A DNA stretch of 16,318 bases, from the NCBI GenBank assembly GCA_040902005.1, contig JBBDYA010000108.1, positions 1-16,318 on the forward strand, read 5' to 3'. The notes below the pieces were generated by a model. It did no database searches. It was not told the DNA's origin and saw nothing but the letters and a program-made list of their open reading frames with translations. A program made the position numbers and the translations under genes. This document shows, piece after piece, positions 9,165-15,166 of the stretch. Origin of the DNA: Gemmatimonadaceae bacterium (GTDB lineage: Bacteria; Gemmatimonadota; Gemmatimonadetes; Gemmatimonadales; Gemmatimonadaceae). Positions within the stretch are counted from its first letter, which is position 1. The number at the start of each line of letters is the position of its first letter.

Positions 9165-9216
9165 GCCGAGAACATACCGCGGCCGCCTCAGCTCCTGGCG
9201 GCCGCGGGCCGAGAAC
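9165..9216 (-). repeat. REP-like element cluster (two GTTCTCGGC heads around an 11-bp hairpin)
   Basis: GCCGAGAAC at 9165-9173 and 9208-9216 flank the perfect stem CCGCGGCCGCC/GGCGGCCGCGG (9177-9187 / 9197-9207). Confidence 0.8.
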
Positions 9217-9271
9217 AGCCTGCACAAATAACCCTTTGCGGCCCCCGCCGAGTACGATGTACGTTCCAGCC

Positions 9272-10525
9272 ATGCTCGACCGCCGCTCCTTCCTTTCCGG
9301 CACCGGCCTGGGCCTGGCCGGCCTGCTCGGCGACCGCGGCGCGTTCGCGGACGCGCTCAGCCGACTCGCTCCTGTCGCCTCCGGCTCCGCCGCCGCGCGA
9401 CTCGCCGACGACTACCTGCTTGCGCCGAGATTGCTCTACCTGAACCACGGCTCCATCGGCACCATCCCGCGCGTGGTGATGGACGAGTACACGCGCCTGT
9501 TGCGCGTCTGCGAGACCAACCCGCACATCCATATGTGGGGCGACGTGTGGACCGAAGCGTATGCGCGAACGCGAACGTTGGCCGCCGGGCTGCTGCACTG
9601 CGAGACGGACGAGGTGGCGCTCACGCACAACACGACCGAGGGATTCAACGTCCTCGCGCAAGGGATTCCGATTGGTGCGGGCGACGAAGTGCTGTTCAGC
9701 AATCTCAATCATCCCAGCGCCAGCGAGCCGTGGCGCTACTATGCCGGGCGGCGCGGGTATACGGTGCGTCGGTTCGAGATTCCGCTGGACGACATCACCG
9801 GGCTCACCGTGGCCGACGTCGTCGCGCTGCACGAGCGCGAGATCCGGCCCGGCACGCGCGTGCTGGTCCTGCCGCACATTGACAACATCGTTGGGCTGCG
9901 TCATCCCACGCGCGAACTCACGGCCATGGCGAAGCGGCGCGGCGTCACCTTCGTGGCTGTGGACGTGGCGCAGTCACTGGGCATGATGCCGGTGGACGTC
10001 ACCGCAGAGGGCGCGGACTTCTACGCCGCCAGCCCGCACAAGTGGGTGCAGGCGCCCAAGGGGCAGGGGCTGCTGGTGGTGCGACGGCACGTGCACGAGC
10101 GGCTCGACCCGCTCTGGGTGAAGCGTCCGCGCGCGTCCATGCCGAAGACGGCGGAGGTCTTCGAGGACTACAGCACGCGCAACCTGCCGGGCGTGATCGC
10201 GCTGGGTGACGCCATCGAGTTCCAGGTGAAGCTTGGCGAGCGCGCCAAGGAACAGCGCCTGCTCGAGATCGCGAACTGGTTCCGGACGCGTGTGGACGCA
10301 GCCCCCACGCTGCAATGGCGCTCGGCGCGCGCCCCAGCGCTTTCGTCGTCCCTCTTCGCGGTGGGGTTGAGGAACGCGAATGCCACGGACGTGGAGCGGA
10401 CGCTGGCGGCGGCGGGCATCGTGGTACGCCCGTTCCCGGCAGCGGGGCTGAATACGCTGCGGGTGTCGCCGAATCTGATCAATACGCCGGCGGATGCGGA
10501 GCGGTTTGTTGGAGCGGTGAGGTAG
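9272..10525 (+). CDS. Tat-exported class V PLP-dependent aminotransferase-fold enzyme (isopenicillin N epimerase / C-S lyase-like), 417 aa
   Basis: Twin-arginine motif MLDRRSFL, YLNHGSIG, NTTEG, VDVAQSLG, PLP-lysine motif ASPHKW and C-terminal LRVSP. Confidence 0.88.
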   Translation: MLDRRSFLSGTGLGLAGLLGDRGAFADALSRLAPVASGSAAARLADDYLLAPRLLYLNHGSIGTIPRVVMDEYTRLLRVCETNPHIHMWGDVWTEAYARTRTLAAGLLHCETDEVALTHNTTEGFNVLAQGIPIGAGDEVLFSNLNHPSASEPWRYYAGRRGYTVRRFEIPLDDITGLTVADVVALHEREIRPGTRVLVLPHIDNIVGLRHPTRELTAMAKRRGVTFVAVDVAQSLGMMPVDVTAEGADFYAASPHKWVQAPKGQGLLVVRRHVHERLDPLWVKRPRASMPKTAEVFEDYSTRNLPGVIALGDAIEFQVKLGERAKEQRLLEIANWFRTRVDAAPTLQWRSARAPALSSSLFAVGLRNANATDVERTLAAAGIVVRPFPAAGLNTLRVSPNLINTPADAERFVGAVR

Positions 10526-10526
10526 G

Positions 10527-10620
10527 GTTCTCGGCCCGCCGCTGCGCGGCGGTAAGTTCTCGGCGGCGCTTCGCGCCGGTCGGTTCTCGGCGGCGCTTCG
10601 CGCCGGTCGGCGGGCACACC
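10527..10620 (+). repeat. REP/BIME-like cluster with three GTTCTCGGC-hairpin modules
   Basis: Heads at 10527, 10556 and 10583. The last two are an exact 27-bp tandem duplication (GTTCTCGGCGGCGCTTCGCGCCGGTCG). Tail GGTCGGCGGGCACACC. Lies between convergent genes. Confidence 0.85.
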
Positions 10621-10640
10621 AAGACAGCGCGTCGCCCGAG

Positions 10641-11138
10641 TTACCTGCGCACGATGATCCCGAACGTCACCGGCACCGCGCGCGTGACCCACACGCGCGA
10701 TCCATCCAGGTAGCGCAGCGGCGCCGGGGCGTCGGGTACGTCCACGCGCTCTCCGCGCCGCGTGAGCAGCGTGACGCGGTTGCCGATCACGTTGACCACG
10801 CCGTCGTCCACGGGCTGCGGGCCGACGCGCCGCACCTCGAACGCGTCTACGAAGAACGCGGTGCTGTCGCGCTTTCCGGCGACCCACACCTCCACCCCCG
10901 AACCCACGCGCGCGAGCGCGCGCATCGTGACGGACAAGGGTCCGCCCATCAGCATGGTGGTGCCGTCGCGCAGCTGGAGCGCCATCACGCGCGTGTCGGG
11001 CTCCTCGCTCATGTCGTACGCGCGCCCCACCAGCGTATCGGCATCAGCGCGGATCACGTCGGGAACGATCGCGACGTCCGTGCGCGGGCGGGCGCACGCC
11101 ACCAAGAGTATCGCCAGCAGAACATGACCCATCCGCAT
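10641..11138 (-). CDS. Lipoprotein of unknown function, ~165 aa
   Basis: MRMGHVLLAILLVA-C has lipobox LVAC. Beta-rich mature region with two similar motifs (GVEVWVAG / GSRVWVT). The start could also be ATG 11132. Confidence 0.75.
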   Translation of the reverse strand: MRMGHVLLAILLVACARPRTDVAIVPDVIRADADTLVGRAYDMSEEPDTRVMALQLRDGTTMLMGGPLSVTMRALARVGSGVEVWVAGKRDSTAFFVDAFEVRRVGPQPVDDGVVNVIGNRVTLLTRRGERVDVPDAPAPLRYLDGSRVWVTRAVPVTFGIIVRR

Positions 11139-11206
11139 CAAACAATTGTACGGATGTGTGGACTCCTGTCTACCCGGGCGGCGGCTGACGTGCGACGACG
11201 AATGTT

Positions 11207-11248
11207 CGTGGTGTGCAGGCCGACCGCGCCGAAGGCGCCGCCGAGAAC
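11207..11248 (-). repeat. REP-like element (head, hairpin, tail)
   Basis: Minus strand reads GTTCTCGGC GGCGCC TTC GGCGC GGTCGGCCTGCACACCACG. Positions 11207-11226 are the exact reverse complement of 11657-11676. Confidence 0.85.
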
Positions 11249-11260
11249 CAGCTTTGCGAC

Positions 11261-11479
11261 CTACTCCGCGTCCGTATCCAGAATCTCCCTCGCGATGTCC
11301 GCGTCCGTCGCCAGCACGATCAGCCGGACGGGGAAGCCGAGCGACAGGCTGGGGATGGCGCCGCCGGCGTTGTCGGTGGACACGTGCGCGGGCACGCCGT
11401 TGGCCTCGAGGGCGGACGCGGCCATGCGGGCCGACAACTCGTCACCGTAGGTGCGCAACACCACATGTTCGTCGGCCAT
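11261..11479 (-). CDS. DUF2007-like putative signal-transducing small protein, 72 aa
   Basis: VVLRTYGDELSARMAASALEANGVPAHV...VRLIV...DADIAREIL pattern. SD AGGAG upstream. Confidence 0.8.
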   Translation of the reverse strand: MADEHVVLRTYGDELSARMAASALEANGVPAHVSTDNAGGAIPSLSLGFPVRLIVLATDADIAREILDTDAE

Positions 11480-11549
11480 CCGATTGCTCCTGCAACGGGT
11501 TCGCGCTCCAAATGGATATGGTGCGGTCGGCGCCCCGGGTCAACCGATA

Positions 11550-11726
11550 GTTCTCGGCCGCTGGCCTCTGTTCTCGGTCGCTGGCCTCTGTTCTCGGCCG
11601 CGGCCGCAAGAGTTCATGCGGCCGCGGGTACGTACTCGGCGGCGCGCTACGCGCGCCGGTCGGCCTGCACACCACGCAGGGCTCTCCCCGTGTGCACGCT
11701 GACCGCGCCGAAGGCGCGCCGAGAAC
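11550..11726. repeat. Large REP/BIME-like mosaic (five modules, both orientations)
   Basis: 20-bp tandem units at 11550 and 11570. Head at 11590 with an 11-bp stem CCGCGGCCGCA/TGCGGCCGCGG (11598-11627). GTACTCGGC module at 11632-11676. Inverted module at 11690-11726. Confidence 0.85.
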
Positions 11727-11773
11727 AGGAACTTGCCGTAAATTGCACCTCCCCATCCTGGAGCCACACGACC

Positions 11774-12049
11774 GTGCCCAGAGCGCCGTACCTCCTGATC
11801 GGCTTCGACGTCGACCCGGCGAACCCGAATGGCCCGTCGATCGTTGCCGACGTGGAGCGGGACTTTCCCTACGGTCCCGTGACGTCCGTCGGTGTCGAGA
11901 ACATGTACATCCTCGAGGTGCCGCCCTCGCTAATGATCGACCGGTTCCGCAGGGTCACCACCTACCTCACGGGGAAGGACGCCGTGCACCAGAACGCGGT
12001 GCGCTGGGTGGTCCAGCTCTGCCGGTCCAGCGAGGTGTCCGTCGGATGA
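11774..12049 (+). CDS. Small cytoplasmic hypothetical protein, 91 aa, possible ferredoxin-like (Cas2/VapD-like) fold
   Basis: GTG start with GGAG about 10 nt upstream, globular composition, and a stop overlapping the next ATG (ATGA at 12046-12049). The fold is inferred from the hydrophobic pattern only. Confidence 0.7.
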   Translation: MPRAPYLLIGFDVDPANPNGPSIVADVERDFPYGPVTSVGVENMYILEVPPSLMIDRFRRVTTYLTGKDAVHQNAVRWVVQLCRSSEVSVG

Positions 12050-13173
12050 GCCACCACCAGCATTTCTGCCGCCGCGTCCGGAACGTCGCGGTTGTCACGC
12101 TGGCGCTCGGCGCCGCTGCCTGCCTCAACGTCACACCGGCGCCCGCGCCATCGCACCATTTCCTCGAGCGCAGCTACGCCTTTCAGAACGGGAAGGACAC
12201 GTCCCTCATGTACGAGGGGCAGGCGGCCGCGCACATCTTCCTGGTGGACGGCCTTCCCGACGCCTATGCGCGCATCAGCGACAGCCTGCGCGACCCGACC
12301 GCCGCGGCGTGGCGCGTGATCGTCACGCCGATGTTCCGGATCCGTCAACTCAAGGATTCGTCGGCGGCCGTGCGCACGCCCTCGTTCATGCCGCGTGTCT
12401 CGCTCGAGCGCACCTGGGCCACGCGCCTGGGGGCGCTCGACACCACGGGCGGAACCCTGTACTTCGACCGGGCACGGGTGACGGGCGCCCGGATCACGCT
12501 CGCGCATCACTCCAACGGACAGGCCGGCTGCTTCCGCGAAGGGTTCGAGCCGATCGATCCCCGCTCGAACGTCTGCCGTCCGATCGTGGGCGCGGATACG
12601 ACCACGGTGCGGCTCAATCGCGCCAACGGCGACTTCTCGTCCACGTTCGTGAATGTCCTGCTGCACGCCACGTGGCGCAACGGCAACACGGCGCCGCGCG
12701 CGACGTGGAGCACCGGCGTGGGCATCGGCGGCGACCTCCATGTCCCCGGGCTGTTCGGCGCGCTGTCCGCCGAGCAGCGCGAACTGTATGGGGGTTGGCG
12801 GCTGCGTGGGCACATGGAGCACATGCTGCTGGTCGGAGAGCACTGCGACGTGGTGCCGGCCGGCGCATCGATCACGCGCGCCGCGTGCTACCTGCGTGGC
12901 AAGTCGCGGCTGAGCGCGGACTACGAGCGCGCGCCCAGGGATCCCGGGCCGCTCGCGCGGCGGATCCAGCCGGCGGTGGTGCCGTACCGCTACGCCATCG
13001 AGTACTCGCACGCGTTCGACGCGCTGCTGCGTGCCGGGATCTTCGTGCGGTATCACGACGGGCAGGACTACTACAACATCGGGTTCGCGCAGCGGCGACG
13101 GATGCTCGTCGTGGGCGCGGTGCTCGATGCGTCGGGGGCCGACGCGATCGGGACACGCGTGATCGCGTTCTGA
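12046..13173 (+). CDS. Exported protein resembling a divergent outer-membrane phospholipase A (OMPLA/PLA1-like), 375 aa
   Basis: Signal/lipobox VAVVTLALGAAA-C. HHSNGQ (12505-12522) matches the OMPLA H-x-S-N-G catalytic motif. Also VRTPSFMP, FVRYHDGQDYYNIGF, alternating beta strands and a terminal Phe. SD GAGGTG. Confidence 0.65.
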   Translation: MSHHQHFCRRVRNVAVVTLALGAAACLNVTPAPAPSHHFLERSYAFQNGKDTSLMYEGQAAAHIFLVDGLPDAYARISDSLRDPTAAAWRVIVTPMFRIRQLKDSSAAVRTPSFMPRVSLERTWATRLGALDTTGGTLYFDRARVTGARITLAHHSNGQAGCFREGFEPIDPRSNVCRPIVGADTTTVRLNRANGDFSSTFVNVLLHATWRNGNTAPRATWSTGVGIGGDLHVPGLFGALSAEQRELYGGWRLRGHMEHMLLVGEHCDVVPAGASITRAACYLRGKSRLSADYERAPRDPGPLARRIQPAVVPYRYAIEYSHAFDALLRAGIFVRYHDGQDYYNIGFAQRRRMLVVGAVLDASGADAIGTRVIAF

Positions 13174-13294
13174 GTCAGTCGTCGTCCGGAGTGAGAAGGG
13201 GGGGCGCACCCGAAGCTCGCTCGGGAATCGCCCGCGGGGGATACTGCCTCAGCGACAGTGGCGATGTAACTTGAGTGCCACACAAGGAGGCGCC

Positions 13295-13525
13295 ATGAAG
13301 AAGATTCGGATTCGACGGACGCTGAAGAAGCTGGTAAAGAAGGCCCCAAAGCGCGGCAAACTGAAGAAATGGGGCGCGCGCGCTGCACTCGGCGCTGCCG
13401 CCGCCGGAGCTGCCGCGGCAGCCATCGCCGCGGTCAGGCGCAAGCGCGCCCGCGCGAAGGCCAGGAAAGCGGCAGCTGCTGGCAAGCGCCGTCCAGCAGC
13501 CAGGAAGGGCAAGACCCGGAAGTAG
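13295..13525 (+). CDS. Extremely basic Lys/Arg/Ala-rich small protein, 76 aa
   Basis: Perfect SD AAGGAGG 4 nt before ATG 13295. 31 of 76 residues are K/R, none are D/E, and there is a central Ala/Gly hydrophobic stretch. Confidence 0.8.
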   Translation: MKKIRIRRTLKKLVKKAPKRGKLKKWGARAALGAAAAGAAAAAIAAVRRKRARAKARKAAAAGKRRPAARKGKTRK

Positions 13526-13684
13526 TCATCGGGATCGCCCGCGCGGCGGCACGCTGCTAGGCGGCACTGCGATCACTGGAACGAGCGCGATCGTGGTTCG
13601 TGGATACTGGTCCAGTTTGCCTGACCTGACGGGGCGTGAGGCAAGCCGGAGGGCTTGCTCGCGCCTGTCTCCTCCAATTGGGGC

Positions 13685-14404
13685 TCAGAGCAGAGCTCCG
13701 CGGAGGCCAGGTCGACGCGTCATCAGCCACGCGGTCAGGGAAGTGCCTCTGGTGAGCAGCAATGCCAGACCCACAACGCAAGCAAGGAGCAGAAACAACG
13801 AACCTGGTTGGTGCGAAGCGGCGGATTGAGTGATCAGCAGATAGTTCATCGATGCGTGCACTGCGGCTGCAAACCAGAGTCCAAACAGCCGCACGAGTTC
13901 AGCGAACAGCAAGCCGGCTGCACAAAGGCGCACCAACTCGTCGTGCGCGAGGGGTGCATTCACTGCATGCGACAATGCGAATGTGACTTGCGCCGTGAGG
14001 CATCCAGTGACCACTGAATGCGTTGCGGTCATCCCGGCGCGTCGCATGCCCTCCGAGATGAACCAGGGGAGCATGAGCCGAAAGACCAGTTCCTCGCACG
14101 CGGCGGGAACAAAAATCGCACTACTCGCGAGTAGCCCGGGTCTGTGCGTAGCAATCCAGACGACGGCTCCGAACGCCACGGCCGCCACCGCGATCTGAAG
14201 GCTGACGTTGCCAACCTTCAGCCCGATCGCGGCTCGGCGCGAGCGAAAGGCCACCACGGGAAGAACAACTAGGAACAGGGCTATGGCCTGGACTGCCACC
14301 CGTAGCTGCCCTTCGATTCCAAAGAACCGAAGCCGAGCGATCATGGCAACGGCCGACATGGTCCAGCCCAAACCGAGAAGTACTACAAAAACCTCTCTGA
14401 CCAC
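13685..14404 (-). CDS. CPBP/Abi (CAAX protease type II) intramembrane glutamic endopeptidase, ~239 aa
   Basis: Polytopic membrane protein with the family motifs in order: EExxxR (CEELVFR), FxxxH (FALSH) and HxxxN (HASMN). Start codon (GTG) uncertain. Confidence 0.85.
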   Translation of the reverse strand: MVREVFVVLLGLGWTMSAVAMIARLRFFGIEGQLRVAVQAIALFLVVLPVVAFRSRRAAIGLKVGNVSLQIAVAAVAFGAVVWIATHRPGLLASSAIFVPAACEELVFRLMLPWFISEGMRRAGMTATHSVVTGCLTAQVTFALSHAVNAPLAHDELVRLCAAGLLFAELVRLFGLWFAAAVHASMNYLLITQSAASHQPGSLFLLLACVVGLALLLTRGTSLTAWLMTRRPGLRGALL

Positions 14405-14449
14405 GGCACGCCACCTGCCCGACTCATTCTCGTTTGGCGTGAACGTCTC

Positions 14450-14893
14450 CTACACGGCACGTGATACCATGCCACTGGCGCGACCATCCCAGCGTCGTTT
14501 GGCAGCGTACATCAACGCGCCTGCCGCAACGACACCCACCGCTCTCGATACGGCGAAAACGGCGGCAATATCATACAGGTGCGATGGTGTGCCTCCGAAA
14601 CGAGAGGCGAACGTCACGACTGCCACAACCCCGCCGATCAGAAAAGTGAATCCCATGCCTTTTGTGCGCGGCGCTTCCTGCATCGACGAGACAATCGCCG
14701 CGACGATCAGGAACAGGATGGCGCCTATGATGGCTGGCATCGTGGGGTGCAGGATGAGCCACTCGGATACCTCGTCACTGAAGCCAGGAATCCGGGCCAG
14801 CAACGGAAGCGAACCCGCGTTTGCCACCCAAATGAGTGCAGCGCCGAAGATCACGATGACTGCGTGACGAAGAGAGAGCAGGTCACGGCTCAT
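14450..14893 (-). CDS. Four-TM membrane protein of unknown function, 147 aa
   Basis: SD GGAGG upstream. Four hydrophobic segments (AVIVIFGAALIWVA; AIIGAILFLIVAAIV; FTFLIGGVVAVVTFA; IAAVFAVSRAVGVVAAGALMYAA) followed by basic KRRW. Confidence 0.8.
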   Translation of the reverse strand: MSRDLLSLRHAVIVIFGAALIWVANAGSLPLLARIPGFSDEVSEWLILHPTMPAIIGAILFLIVAAIVSSMQEAPRTKGMGFTFLIGGVVAVVTFASRFGGTPSHLYDIAAVFAVSRAVGVVAAGALMYAAKRRWDGRASGMVSRAV

Positions 14894-14994
14894 GGTACCA
14901 GTCCTCCATAAAGCACGGTGAAAGCAGTGGCGGGATGCGCGTCGTCACCCCACAGCGGGCGGCAGACTCGCGCATCCAGCCTCACTCCAAAAGC

Positions 14995-15153
14995 TCAGCT
15001 TCGGAGCGCCCCGAACCAGCGTGACGCCAACGCGACTACCAGGGCAAAGAGGGCCAAGCCAATCAGATTCCAGGATACTGCGAATCCAGAGAGCATGGCC
15101 AGACTCATGAGTGCGAGTGACGCACGTAGCCAATACGCGGCGCTGCCTTTCAT
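14995..15153 (-). CDS. 52-aa two-helix membrane protein (not in the ORF track), candidate immunity protein
   Basis: Hand translation: MKGSAAYWLRASLALMSLAMLSGFAVSWNLIGLALFALVVALASRWFGALRS*. The ATG is 13 nt after the upstream stop, with AGGA overlapping that stop. Confidence 0.72.
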   Translation of the reverse strand: MKGSAAYWLRASLALMSLAMLSGFAVSWNLIGLALFALVVALASRWFGALRS

Positions 15154-15166
15154 GCGATCACTATTC

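Noticed and set aside
11550..11726. CRISPR array (repeats start with GTT and lie beside a Cas2-like ORF)
   Set aside because: The conserved part is only 8-9 nt, spacing is irregular (20, 20, 42), intervening sequences are duplicated or hairpins rather than unique spacers, both orientations occur, and copies are dispersed.
13382..13436. Similarity of LGAAAAGA to the prion protein AGAAAAGA core
   Set aside because: Low-complexity Ala/Gly match expected by chance; no other similarity.
14945..15133. 62-aa minus-strand ORF from the track
   Set aside because: No SD or recognisable composition. The overlapping frame 14995..15153 gives a coherent two-helix membrane protein.
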